A stretch of 64,000 bases of DNA, taken from positions 102,054,001 through 102,118,000 of the forward strand of contig CM059431.1 in assembly GCA_030390025.1 (NCBI GenBank), given 5' to 3'. The translations under genes were made by a program, and so were the position numbers. The stretch comes from Squalus acanthias. Its lineage: Eukaryota. The notes beneath the pieces were generated by a model. The model was not told where the DNA came from and made no database searches. It saw only the letters and a program-made list of their open reading frames with translations. Shown here one piece after another: positions 16,040 through 29,423 of the stretch (the first letter of the stretch is position 1; every line of letters begins with the position of its first letter).

Positions 16040-19000
16040 ATATTCCCGGTGAATTGATTGACAGATATTCCCGGTGTATTGATTGATTGACAGATATTCC
16101 CGGTGTATTGATTGATTGACACATATTCCCGGTGAATTGATTGACAGATATTCCCGGTGTATTGATTGATTGACACATATTCCCGGTGAATTGATTGACA
16201 CATATTCCCAATGTATTGATTGACAGATATTCCCGGTGAATTGATTGACAGATATTCCCGGTGTATTGATTGATTGACACATATTCCCGGTGAATTGATT
16301 GACACATATTCCCGGTGTATTGATTGACTCATATTCCCGGTGAATTGATTGACTCATATTCCCAGTGTATTGATTGATTGACTCATATTCCCGGTGTATT
16401 GATTGACACACATTCCCAGTGTATTGATTGATTGACACATATTCCCGGTGTATTGATTGACTCATATTCCCAGTGTATTGATTGACTCATATTCCCGGTG
16501 TATTGATTGATTGACACATATTCCCGGTGTATTGATTGATTGACTCATATTCCCGGTGTATTGATTGATTGACACATATTCCCGGTGTATTGATTGATTG
16601 ACACAAATTCCCAGTTTATTGATTGACACATATTCCCGGTGTATTGATTGACACATATTCCCGGTGAATTGATTGATTGACACATATTCCCGGTGAATTG
16701 ATTGACAGATATTCCTGGTGTATTGATTGATTGAAACATATTCCCGGTGTATTGATTGATTGATACAAATTCCCAGTTTATTGATTGACTCATATTCCCA
16801 GTTTATTGTTTGATTGACTCATATTCCCGGTGTACTGATTGATTGATACAAATTCCCAGTTTATTGATTGACTCATATTCCCAGTTTATTGTTTGATTGA
16901 CTCATATTCCCGGTGTATTGATTGATTGACACACATTCCCGGTGGATTGATTGATTGACACAAATTCCCGGTGGATTGATTGACACAAATTCCCGATGTA
17001 TTGATTGACACAAATTCCCGATGTATTGATTGATTGACACATATTCCCGGTGAATTGATTGACAGATATTCCCGGTGTATTGATTGATTGACACATATTC
17101 CCGGTGAATTGATTGACAGATATTCCCGGTGTATTGATTGATTGACACATATTCTCGGTGAATTGATTGACACATATTCCCAGTGTATTGATTGACAGAT
17201 ATTCCCGGTGTATTGATTGATTGACTCATATTCCCGGTGAATTGATTGACACATATTCCCAGTGTATTGATTGACAGATATTCCCGGTGTATTGATTGAT
17301 TGACTCATATTCCCGGTGTATTGATTGACACAAATTCCCGGTGGATTGATTGACACAAATTCCCGGTGTATTGATTGACACATATTCCTGGTGTATTGAT
17401 TGACTCATATTCCCGGTGAATTGATTGATTGGCACATATTCCCAGTGTAATGATTGACAGATATTCCTGGTGTATTGATTGAAACATATTCCCAGTGTAT
17501 TGATTAATTGACACATATTCCTGGTGTATTGATTGATTGACTCATATTCCCGGTGTATTGATTGACAGATATTCCCGGTGTATTGACTGACACATATTCC
17601 CGGTGTATTCATTGATTGACTCATATTCCCGGTGTATTCATTGATTGACACATATTCCCGGTGTATTGATTGACAGATATTCCCGGTGTATTGACTGACA
17701 CATATTCCCGGTGTATTGATTGATTGACTCATATTCCCGGTGTATTGATTGACTCATATTCCCGGTGTATTGATTGACACAAATTCCCGATGTATTGATT
17801 GACTCATATTCCCGGTGAATTGATTGATTGGCACATATTCCCAGTGTAATGATTGACAGATATTCCTGGTGTATTGATTGAAACATATTCCCAGTGTATT
17901 GATTAATTGACACATATTCCTGGTGTATTGATTGATTGACACATATTCCCGGTGTATTGATTGATTGACACATATTCCCGGTGTATTGATTGACATATTC
18001 CTGGTGTATTGATTGACACATACTCCTGGTGTATTGATTGACTCATATTCCCAGTGTATTGATTGATTGACACATATTCCCAGTGTATTGATTGACAGAT
18101 ATTCCTGGTGTAATGATTGACTCATATTCCCGGTGAATTGATTGATTGACACATATTCCCGGTGAATTGATTGATTGACACATATTCCCGGTGGTTTGAT
18201 TGACTCATATTCCCGGTGTATTGATTGACTCATATTCCCGGTGAATTGATTGACTCATATTCCCAATGTATTGATTGACAGATATTCCCGGTGAATTGAT
18301 TGACAGATATTCCCGGTGTATTGATTGATTGACACATATTCCCGGTGAATTGATTGACACATATTCCCGGTGTATTGATTGACTCATATTCCCGGTGAAT
18401 TGATTGACTCATATTCCCAGTGTATTGATTGATTGACTCATATTCCCGGTGTATTGATTGACACACATTCCCAGTGTATTGATTGATTGACACATATTCC
18501 CGGTGTATTGATTGACACACATTCCCAGTGTATTGATTGATTGACACATATTCCCGGTGTATTGATTGACTCATATTCCCAGTGTATTGATTGACTCATA
18601 TTCCCGGTGTATTGATTGATTGACACATATTCCCGGTGTATTGATTGATTGACTCATATTCCCGGTGTATTGATTGATTGACACATATTCCCGGTGTATT
18701 GATTGATTGACACAAATTCCCAGTTTATTGATTGACACATATTCCCGGTGTATTGATTGACACATATTCCCGGTGAATTGATTGATTGACACATATTCCC
18801 GGTGAATTGATTGACAGATATTCCTGGTGTATTGATTGATTGAAACATATTCCCGGTGTATTGATTGATTGATACAAATTCCCAGTTTATTGATTGACTC
18901 ATATTCCCAGTTTATTGTTTGATTGACTCATATTCCCGGTGTACTGATTGATTGATACAAATTCCCAGTTTATTGATTGACTCATATTCCCAGTTTATTG

Positions 19001-22000
19001 TTTGATTGACTCATATTCCCGGTGTATTGATTGATTGACACACATTCCCGGTGGATTGATTGATTGACACAAATTCCCGGTGGATTGATTGACACAAATT
19101 CCCGATGTATTGATTGACACAAATTCCCGATGTATTGATTGATTGACACATATTCCCGGTGAATTGATTGACAGATATTCCCGGTGTATTGATTGATTGA
19201 CACATATTCCCGGTGAATTGATTGACAGATATTCCCGGTGTATTGATTGATTGACACATATTCCCGGTGAATTGATTGACACATATTCCCAGTGTATTGA
19301 TTGACAGATATTCCCGGTGTATTGATTGATTGACTCATATTCCCGGTGAATTGATTGACACATATTCCCAGTGAATTGATTGACTCATATTCCCGGTGTA
19401 TTGATTGATTGACTCATATTCCCGGTGTATTGATTGACACAAATTCCCGGTGGATTGATTGACACAAATTCCCGGTGTATTGATTTACACATATTCCTGG
19501 TGTATTGATTGACTCATATTCCCGGTGAATTGATTGATTGGCACATATTCCCAGTGTAATGATTGACAGATATTCCTGGTGTATTGATTGAAACATATTC
19601 CCAGTGTATTGATTAATTGACACATATTCCTGGTGTATTGATTGATTGACTCATATTCCCGGTGTATTGATTGACAGATATTCCCGGTGTATTGACTGAC
19701 ACATATTCCCGGTGTATTCATTGATTGACTCATATTCCCGGTGTATTCATTGATTGACACATATTCCCGGTGTATTGATTGACAGATATTCCCGGTGTAT
19801 TGACTGACACATATTCCCGGTGTATTGATTGATTGACTCATATTCCCGGTGTATTGATTGACTCATATTCCCGGTGTATTGATTGACACAAATTCCCGAT
19901 GTATTGACTGACTCATATTCCCGGTGAATTGATTGATTGGCACATATTCCCAGTGTAATGATTGACAGATATTCCTGGTGTATTGATTGAAACATATTCC
20001 CAGTGTATTGATTAATTGACACATATTCCTGGTGTATTGATTGATTGACACATATTCCCGGTGTATTGATTGATTGACACATATTCCTGGTGTATTGATT
20101 GACATATTCCTGGTGTATTGATTGACACATACTCCTGGTGTATTGATTGACTCATTCCCAGTGTATTGATTGATTGACACATATTCCCAGTGTATTGATT
20201 GACAGATATTCCTGGTGTAATGATTGACTCATATTCCCGGTGAATTGATTGATTGACACATATTCCCGGTGAATTGATTGATTGACACATATTCCCGGTG
20301 GTTTGATTGACTCATATTCCCGGTGTATTGATTGACTCATATTCCCGGTGAATTGATTGACTCATATTCCCAATGTATTGATTGACAGATATTCCCGGTG
20401 AATTGATTGACAGATATTCCCGGTGTATTGATTGATTGACACATATTCCCGGTGAATTGATTGACACATATTCCCGGTGAATTGATTGACACATATTCCC
20501 GGTGTATTGATTGACTCATATTCCCGGTGAATTGATTGACTCATATTCCCAGTGTATTGATTGATTGACTCATATTCCCGGTGTATTGATTGACACACAT
20601 TCCCAGTGTATTGATTGATTGACACATATTCCCGGTGTATTGATTGACTCATATTCCCAGTGTATTGATTGACTCATATTCCCGGTGTATTGATTGATTG
20701 ACTCATATTCCCGGTGTATTGATTGATTGACACATATTCCCGGTGTATTGATTGATTGACACAAATTCCCAGTTTATTGATTGACACATATTCCCGGTGT
20801 ATTGATTGACACATATTCCTGGTGTATTGATTGATTGAAACATATTCCCGGTGTATTGATTGATTGATACAAATTCCCAGTTTATTGATTGACTCATATT
20901 CCCAGTTTATTGTTTGATTGACTCATATTCCCGGTGTATTGATTGATTGACACACATTCCCGGTGGATTGATTGATTGACACAAATTCCCAGTGGATTGA
21001 TTGACACAAATTCCCGATGTATTGATTGACACAAATTCCCGATGTATTGATTGATTGACACATATTCTCGGTGAATTGATTGACACATATTCCCGGTGTA
21101 TTGATTGATTGACACATATTCCCGGTGAATTGATTGACAGATATTCCCGGTGTATTGATTGATTGACTCATATTCCCGGTGAATTGATTGACACATATTC
21201 CCAGTGTATTGATTGACAGATATTCCCGGTGTATTGATTGATTGACTCATATTCCCGGTGTATTGATTGACACAAATTCCCGGTGGATTGATTGACACAA
21301 ATTCCCGGTGAATTGATTGATTGGCACATATTCCCAGTGTAATGATTGACAGATATTCCTGGTGTATTGATTGAAACATATTCCCAGTGTATTGATTAAT
21401 TGACACATATTCCTGGTGTATTGATTGATTGACTCATATTCCCGGTGTATTGATTGACAGATATTCCCGGTGTATTGACTGACACATATTCCCGGTGTAT
21501 TCATTGATTGACTCATATTCCCGGTGTATTGATTGACTCATATTCCCGGTGTATTGATTGACACAAATTCCCGATGTATTGATTGACTCATATTCCCGGT
21601 GAATTGATTGATTGGCACATATTCCCAGTGTAATGATTGACAGATATTCCTGGTGTATTGATTGAAACATATTCCCAGTGTATTGATTAATTGACACATA
21701 TTCCTGGTGTATTGATTGATTGACACATATTCCCGGTGTATTGATTGATTGACACATATTCCCGGTGTATTGATTGACATATTCCTGGTGTATTGATTGA
21801 CACATACTCCTGGTGTATTGATTGATTGACACATATTCCCAGTGTATTGATTGACAGATATTCCTGGTGTAATGATTGACTCATATTCCCGGTGAATTGA
21901 TTGATTGACACATATTCCCGGTGAATTGATTGATTGACACATATTCCCAGTGTATTGATTGACAGATATTCCTGGTGTAATGATTGACTCATATTCCCGG

Positions 22001-24135
22001 TGAATTGATTGATTGACACATATTCCCGGTGAATTGATTGATTGACACATATTCCCGGTGGTTTGATTGACTCATATTCCCGGTGTATTGATTGACACAT
22101 ATTCCCGGTGAATTGATTGACTCATATTCCCGGTGAATTAATTGATTGACTCATATTCCCGGTGAATTAATTGATTGACTCATATTCCCGGTGAATTGAT
22201 TGACTCATGTTCCCGGTGAATTGATTGATTGACTCATATTCCCGGTGAATTGATTGATTGACTCATATTCCCGGTGTATTGATTGACTCATATTCCCGGT
22301 GAATTGATTGACACATATTCCCGGTGAATTGATTGATTGACACATATTCCCGGTGAATTGATTGACTCATATTCCCGGTGAATTGATTGATTGACACATA
22401 TTCCCGGTGTATTGATTGACTCATATTCCCGGTGTATTGATTGATTGACACAAATTCCCAGTTTATTGATTGACACATATTCCCGGTGTATTGATTGATT
22501 GACACACATTCCCGGTGAATTGATTGACACACATTCCCGGTGAATTGATTGACTCATATTCCCAGTTTATTGTTTGATTGACTCATATTCCCAGTTTATT
22601 GTTTGATTGACTCATATTCCCGGTGTATTGATTGATTGACACACATTCCCGGTGTATTGATTGACTCACATTCCCAGTTTATTGATTGACACATATTCCC
22701 AGTTTATTGATTGACACATATTCCCGGTGAATTGATTGACACATATTCCCGGTGGATTGATTGACAGATATTCCTGGTGTATTGATTGACACATATTCCT
22801 GGTGTATTGATTGATTGACACACATTCCCGGTGTATTGATTGATTGACACATATTCCCGGTGGATTGTTTGATTGATACAAATTCCCGGTGGATTGATTG
22901 ACTGACAAATTCCCAGTTTATTGATTGACTCATATTCCCAGTGCATTGATTGATTGACACATATTCCCGGTGTATTGATTGACACATATTCCCGGTGTAT
23001 TGATTAACACATATTCCCGGTAGATTGATTGATTGACACAAGTTCCCGATGTATTGATTGACACAAATTCCCGGTTTATTGATTGATTGACACACATTCC
23101 CGGTGAATTGATTGATTGACATATATTCCCGGTGTATTGATTGACACATATTCCCGCTGGATTGATTGACACAAATTCCTGGTGTATTGCTTGATTGACA
23201 CATATTCCCAGTTTATTGATTGATTGACTCATATTCCCGGTGAATTGATTGATTGACTCATATTCCCGGTGAATTGATTGATTGACTCATATTCCCGGTG
23301 AATTGATTGATTGACACATATTCCCGGTGTATTGATTGACAGATATTCCCGGTGTATTGATTGAAACATATTCCCGGTGTATTGATTGACTCATGTTCCC
23401 GGTGTATTGATTGATTGACACAAATTCCCGGTGGATTGATTGATTGACACAAATTCCCGGTGGATTGATTGACACATATTCCCAGTTTATTGATTGACAC
23501 ATATTCCCGGTGAATTGATTGATTGACACATATTCCCGGTGTATTGATTGATTGACACATATTCCCAGTTTATTGATTGATTGACACATATTCCCAGTTT
23601 ATTGATTGATTGACAGATATTCCTGGTGTATTGATTGACAGATATTCCCGGTGTATTGATTGATTGACACATATTCCCGGTGAATTGATTGACACATATT
23701 CCCAGTGTATTGATTGACAGATATTCCCGGTGTACTGATTGATTGACTCATATTCCCGGTGAATTGATTGACTCATATTCCCAGTGTATTGATTGATTGA
23801 CTCATATTCCCGGTGTATTGATTGACAGATATTCCCGGTGTATTGACTGACACATATTCCCGGTGTATTCATTGATTGACTCATATTCCCGGTGTATTGA
23901 TTGACACACGTTCCCGGAGTATTGATTGACACAAATTCCCGATGTATTGATTGACACAAATTCCCGGTGTATTGATTGACACAAATTCCCGGTGTATTGA
24001 TTGACACATATTCCTGGTGTATTGATTGATTGACAGATATTCCCGGTGTATTGATTGATTGACACATATTCCCTGTGCTTTGATTTGATTGACACATATT
24101 CCTCGTGTATTGATCGATTGATGGAATTTTTTTAG

Positions 24136-24272
24136 CTCAAGGAGAAGAGCCAAAGTGGCGGAGGCAATACTGAAGCAGTAGAAGAACTGAGGGAGGCCAT
24201 TTTTTTGGCAGAAGATGCGTGTCCGGGCATTTCAGATATCCTCGTATCCCAACTCGTGCAAAGGCTTCAAAG
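24136..24272 (+). CDS. STK24: STK24 (MST3, GCKIII kinase) penultimate coding exon: LKEKSQSGGGNTEAVEELREAIFLAEDACPGISDILVSQLVQRLQ(R)
   Basis: TTTTTTTAG acceptor and AG|GTATTT donor; 137 nt. The translation matches the recalled STK24 C-terminal dimerisation region (LKEKSQ..GGN..EELR.AI.LAE.ACPGISD..V.QLVQRLQR). Confidence 0.95.
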
Positions 24273-24519
24273 GTATTTTCCATTGATTTTTAAAATTATG
24301 ACCCAGTTTTCTCAACAAAATTGTTTTTCCACATCTCAGTTGAGCCATTCAGATAATGTCTTGTTAGCTGGAATCGCCAAATCCCTCTGCTCTCCCACAT
24401 CAATCAACCTTCCCCCAAAGTATAAGTATTACCTTTTTAAACCAAAATGTACCATGTTCCACTTAATGACATTGAATTCCGTCTGCCAATTTTATGCTCA
24501 TTTCACCATCTTATCAATA

Positions 24520-25143
24520 TCAATAATCAAAAAGGCGAATGGAATGCTGGCCTTTATATCTAGAGGACTAGAATATAAGTGGGTAGAAGTCATGCTGCAG
24601 CTATACAAAGCCCTGGTTAAACCACACCTGGAGAAAGGATATATTGGCCTTGGAGGCAGTGCAGTGTAGGTTTACCAGAATGATACCTGGACTCCAAGGG
24701 TTAAATTACGAGGAGAGATTACACAAACTAGGGTTGTATTCCCTGGAAATTAGAAGGTTAAGACGTGATTTTATCGAAGTTTTCAAGATATTATGAGGAG
24801 CTAATAGGGTAGGTAGAGAGAAACTATTTCCGCTGGTTGGGGAGTCGAGGACTAGGGGACATAGTTTAAAAGTTAGTGCCAGGCCTTTCAGGAGTGAAGT
24901 TAGGAAACACATCTACACACAACAGATGGTAGAAGTTTGGAACTCTGCTGCAAACGCCAGTTGATGCTAGGTCAATTATTAATTTTAAATCTGAGATTGA
25001 TGGATTTCTGTTAACCAAAGGTATTAAGGGGTATTGGGCAAAGGCGGGTATATGGAGTTAGGTTGCAGACCAACCATGATCTCATTGAATGGTGGAACAA
25101 GCTCGATGGGCTAAATGGCCTCCTCCTGTTCCTATGTTCCTAT
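24520..25143 (+). mobile_element. CR1-type LINE, 5'-truncated 3' fragment with internal deletion
   Basis: Encodes KANGMLAFISRGLEYK..EVMLQLYKALVKPHLE (CR1 ORF2 C-terminal region). Ends in CATGATCTCATTGAATGG...CCTCCTCCTGTTCCTATGTTCCTAT. Confidence 0.9.
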
Positions 25144-25224
25144 CCCTTTGTAGCTTCCTTTGGTCCTTAGAATTATTTACTCTGACACTTTGTGTCCAAT
25201 GGGATATGATAAAAGCATCAGTGT

Positions 25225-25810
25225 ATCTGTGCGGTTCTCGCCCCCATACCCATTATCTCCAAACTGGGCCAACAATCTTTCCTTGGCCCCCTCCTCTTCC
25301 TCATCTATATGCCAACTCTTGGAGACATTTTCTGCAGACATGGGCTCAGCTTCCACATGTCCACCCACAACACCCACCATCTTTGTTGACCCCATCACTG
25401 CTTGTTCGACATCAGTCTTGGATGAGCCGCAGTTAAACATCAGAACGACCGAAGCTATCGTCATTGACCCCTGCTGCAAACTCTTTATCCTTGCTACTGA
25501 TCCCACTCTTTCTCCTCCTCCTCCTCAGGCTGAAGCAGACTGTTAGAAAGCCCAGTGTCCTTTTTGACCCCGAGCTGAGCTTCCGACCCCACATTCTCTC
25601 CATCGGGAAGACAACCTCCTTGTATCTCCATAACATTGCCCGTATCCACCCATCTGCTGCCAAAAACCCTCATCCAGGCCTTTTGTCACCTCCAGACTCG
25701 ACTATTCCAATGCTCTCTTGGCCGGCCTCCCATCTTCCACCCCTTGTAAACTAGCTCACTCTAAATCCTGTGCTTGTTATCCTCTCCTGCACCAAGTCCT
25801 ACTCATTGTT
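25225..25810 (+). mobile_element. Degenerate L2-type LINE ORF2 fragment
   Basis: Remnants such as PLLFLIYM-like, FDPELSFRPHI and ...TSRLDYSNALLAGLP. Its 3' part overlaps in sequence with the L2 copy at 26927. Confidence 0.7.
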
Positions 25811-25959
25811 CCTTCCTGCACAATCTATTCAATGAAACCGTGCACTGCATTTTAATCCTACTGCTACTTTGAGTGACAGGGTAAATGTGATCGTTCTATC
25901 CTGTTAATACTAACTGTGCCTGATCAGTGTGTGAATTAAGCTATACAATTCTTCTTCAC

Positions 25960-26285
25960 AGACGTGGAGAAGATGTTTCCACTTGTGGGGGAATCCAAAA
26001 CTAGGAGCCATAAATAGAAGGACTACCCAGTGAGGAATTCGGGAGAAACTTCTTTACCCAGCGAGTGAAGAGAATGTGGAACTCGCTACCACAGGGAGTG
26101 GTTGAGGCGAATAGTGTAGATACATTTAAGGGGAAGCTGGATAAACACATCAGGGAGAAAGGAATAGAAGGTTATGTTGACGGATAGAAGTAAGGTGGGA
26201 GGAGGCTCGTGTGGAGCATAAACACCGGCATAGACCAGTTGGGCCAAGAGGCCTGCTCCTGTGCTGTGAAGCGCTATGTAATTCT
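25960..26285 (+). mobile_element. CR1-type LINE 3' fragment (subfamily with GTGGAGCATAAACACCGGC tail)
   Basis: Similar to copies at 30322, 42260, 55655 and 59888; MFPLVGE..RNFFTQRV.RMWNSLPQGVVEA coding remnant. Confidence 0.85.
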
Positions 26286-26926
26286 GTGTATGTATGCAAA
26301 CCACTTGAAATAATACCTAAATAACTATTAGCTTTCCTGGCTTATACGCCTTCTAAAGTGAAACTATTTTTTCCAAAGTTGAACATGATCGCTCCTGGCT
26401 TCTGTTTTATTGCCTAAATGCTAACTCTGTTCTTGTTACTCTGCCCAATTCACAACCAATTAAAGTGGCTGCAGATTATGACCTTTGGGAGGCAGCTCTG
26501 TGCGAAGACTTTATTGTATTACCATGACGACTATGATTTGTGTTCCTTGGTTTCGGTTGTATTCAAATATTCTTTTTTTTTACTTTTCTGGCCCAAGGAG
26601 AATAAGCCAGTAATAATCCAGAAAGACAGCTAGAGGCAAGTGTTGTCAGTGTGTGCAGGGAATGCGCTTGTTTCAGTCCGCGTGAAGAGCTTTTACTGCC
26701 AGCGGTCTGCAGTCCAGTGAGAGAAAAAGAATATTTTTATAGTAAGAACAAAAAGCGATTTAAACATCCGGCAACTGATTATTTCAGAGTGGCAGATTCC
26801 ATTAGTAGTTTTAATTTGCGCCAACATTTGAGGCTGAAATTTGAAACAAATTATTGAATGGCTTCAAAGCAGGAGAACGAATCCTCATTTAAAAAAAAAT
26901 TAAATTTGAATTACTAAAGAGCGGAA

Positions 26927-27482
26927 CTATTTCCAATGCACTCCTGGCCGGCCTCCCACATTCCACCCTACGTAAACTTGAGGTCATCCAAAACTCGGCT
27001 GCCCGTGTCCTAACTCGCACCAAGTCCCGTTCACCCATCACCCGCTGTGCTCGCTGACCTACATTGGCTCCCGGTTAAGCAGCGACTCGATTTCAAAATT
27101 CTCATCCCTCCATGGCCTCCCCCCTCCCTATCTCTGTATTCTCCTTCAGCCCCACAATCCCCCGAGATATCTACGATCCTCTAATTCTGCCCTCTTGCGC
27201 ATCCCTGATTATAATCGCTCAACCATTGGCGGCCGTGCCTTCTGTTGCCTAGGCCCTAAGCTCTGGAATTCCCTGCCTAAACCTCCCCGTCTCTCTACCT
27301 CTCTTTCCTCCTTTAAGATGCTCCTTAAAACCTACCTCTTTGACTAAGCTTTTGGTCACCTGCCCTAATTTATCCTTATGTGGCTCGGTGTCAAATTTTT
27401 TTGTCTTAAAATACTCCTGTGCAGCGCCTTGGGACGTTTTGCTACGTTAAAGTTGCTATATAAATACAAGTTGTTGTTGTTG
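26927..27482 (+). mobile_element. L2-type LINE 3' fragment with (GTT)n tail
   Basis: LADLHWLPV / IGGRAF..LGPKLWNSLP / FKTLLKTYLFD remnants; ends in GCTATATAAATACAAGTTGTTGTTG. Confidence 0.88.
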
Positions 27483-27783
27483 ATTACATGGCTGCTGGGG
27501 TAGGTGAGAGGGAAGGATGTATCTAGTCATGATGCTCATGGTGTGGGACAGGCTCAATGGACCAGCTGGCCTTTTCCTGCCCCTCCGTTTCGGATGTTTG
27601 AATTGCACTTAACCTATTCGCGCCCAAGACTGTAGCCACAGTGTGGTTTAACACGATGTCGAAAACAGAAAATTTACTTTCCTTACTGAATACGTTGGAA
27701 GAAGGATCAGTATCAAACATCATGTTATTGATATTTCCACTTGTAAAGAAAAAAAAAGTAACTTTTAAAATTTCTTATTTCAG

Positions 27784-27820
27784 ATATTCGTTGAGTGGGG
27801 CAGGTACTTCTTCCAACTGA
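27784..27820 (+). CDS. STK24: STK24 terminal coding exon: (R)YSLSGAGTSSN*
   Basis: TTTCTTATTTCAG acceptor; phase compatible with the previous exon (AG|A = Arg). Matches the recalled STK24 end RYSLSGGGTSSH*. Confidence 0.93.
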
Positions 27821-29423
27821 AGGTTAATGTTCGGTCCTTGCAAGTCCTTGTTGTCTACATTGAGGAGGTGCTCTTTCGGTGATCATGTACCACAACCTTG
27901 CAAGGGTTGTCCAGTTACTGGGCACCCCCTGGGCATGCAACATCAAAAGATGAAGTCTCTCAGAGGAGCCGTCATTTTCTGCTGCTTAAAGCAATTAGCT
28001 TTTATTAATTTCTATCATAGTGCACATTTTCAAGTAGGGAGAAATGCCTACTGATTATTATTTTTATTTTTTTTGGTTTTATTTTAAATCCCAAATTGTA
28101 TATTTAGGACTGGGATATGGAAACCGAAACCTCTGCAGCGCCTCAGGTATCTGCTACAAGTTGACTGGTTTTATTTTCTGGGAGATGGAGAGGTTGTTGT
28201 TGGTTCTGTGTATATTTGTATATAGAGTCATTTTTACTGAAGATAAAAATCTTGAGAGTGCTTTAGGAGCATAACTGTACAAAAATTGCATCAGCAACCA
28301 AATGCTTATGTAGATAACGTTTTGTGGGTGAATCTCTGAAAGGGCCATAACTAAATATTGCCTTGCTTATTTAGCTGTAAAGTTCGGTTAATGTTCAGGT
28401 GACTTTTATTTTTAATTATTCCCAGGGTCTTGCCATTTTTGGATAATTAATACCCAACTTGGAAAACCTCAGAGATCTCAAAGTCATCTCCCTAATATTG
28501 CTTCCCCCTCGGTATGTCCTGTTTTCAGCCTTGGTCCAAATTAAGTATCTTGTATGAAATCTGGCATCTTAGATGACGTTAAAGGCTGAAGACCACCATC
28601 ATAGTTACGGTGACATTGTGCTGGAAAAATTCAGAACAGCAAAGCACCATCAAGGTTTCTTTGGCCATTAACTTGTTTCCCGTGGTAATCCAACCAAAAC
28701 TAGAAATAACTGGTTGTTACAATATTCCTCCTGTTACACTCCTCGTAGATAAGGTAAGCTATGCAACCAGAATGATGTCTGTCCCTTTAAGAAACATTTT
28801 GTCTGGATCATATGCCCAACAGCCCCTTCAGATATGTGTTTCTGCATCTGTCGAGTTTGAGGTGACCGCTGCAAAAACTTAACTGTATCAATTTCTAGGC
28901 ATGTAGGCTCGAATGATTATTTTCTGCATCAGAAAGCTAGTTTCTCTTCTGTTTTGGAGAGTGTGCCAGCACCTGGCTTCAGATATTTCAGACCCAGTTA
29001 CAGACGCAAACAATTGATGCACAACGGCAAATTTAGTGGTTTTAAGAGCGAGAGACTCCAGGAGCGCAACAATGTCCAACAGAAAGTGGCCAAATTACAC
29101 TTTGTGTACGCCAAAAAGCATAGATCAGTCAAGAACTGATTGACTGTCATAGAAAAAAATTCCCCTTGACCCGAAGAGCTCCAGGTTTTTATACTTGGCG
29201 ACTCGTCAGGGCAGAAGCACAGTTTTAAGCTTGAACTAGAACAAGAAAAGTACCCTCCCTGATGAACTGATTCTCTAGATTATAGCTCCAGTGTAAAAGG
29301 AGGAGTCCAAGCCAGATAGGTCTGGGTTCGGTCAGTATACTGAGCCCTGGTGCTGGGATTACCTTTTTAAAGGTACAGTTTGATCTGTAGCCGCAGGTCT
29401 TCGACCCTGCACGGAGATAAAGT

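Larger units (their letters stand above)
1..24120. repeat. Satellite array, 25/29-bp unit GAC(A/T)CATATTCCCGGTG(T/A)ATTGATT(GATT), roughly 850 units, truncated by the window start; intronic in STK24
   Basis: Directly visible tandem repeat. Unit length varies by one GATT. The array decays at ~24070-24120, just before the STK24 acceptor. Confidence 0.98.

Noticed and set aside
1..24120. Dozens of minus-strand ORFs (SINTPGICVNQ.., up to 458 aa)
   Set aside because: They are translations of the satellite in all three frames, with frame shifts at each unit, and lie antisense within an STK24 intron.
1..24120. STAT sites in the satellite (TTCCCGG)
   Set aside because: Units read TTCCCGGTG, not the TTCNNNGAA palindrome.
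24205..24669. 154-aa ORF as a single gene
   Set aside because: It is a chimera of part of the STK24 exon, intron read-through and a CR1 ORF2 remnant.
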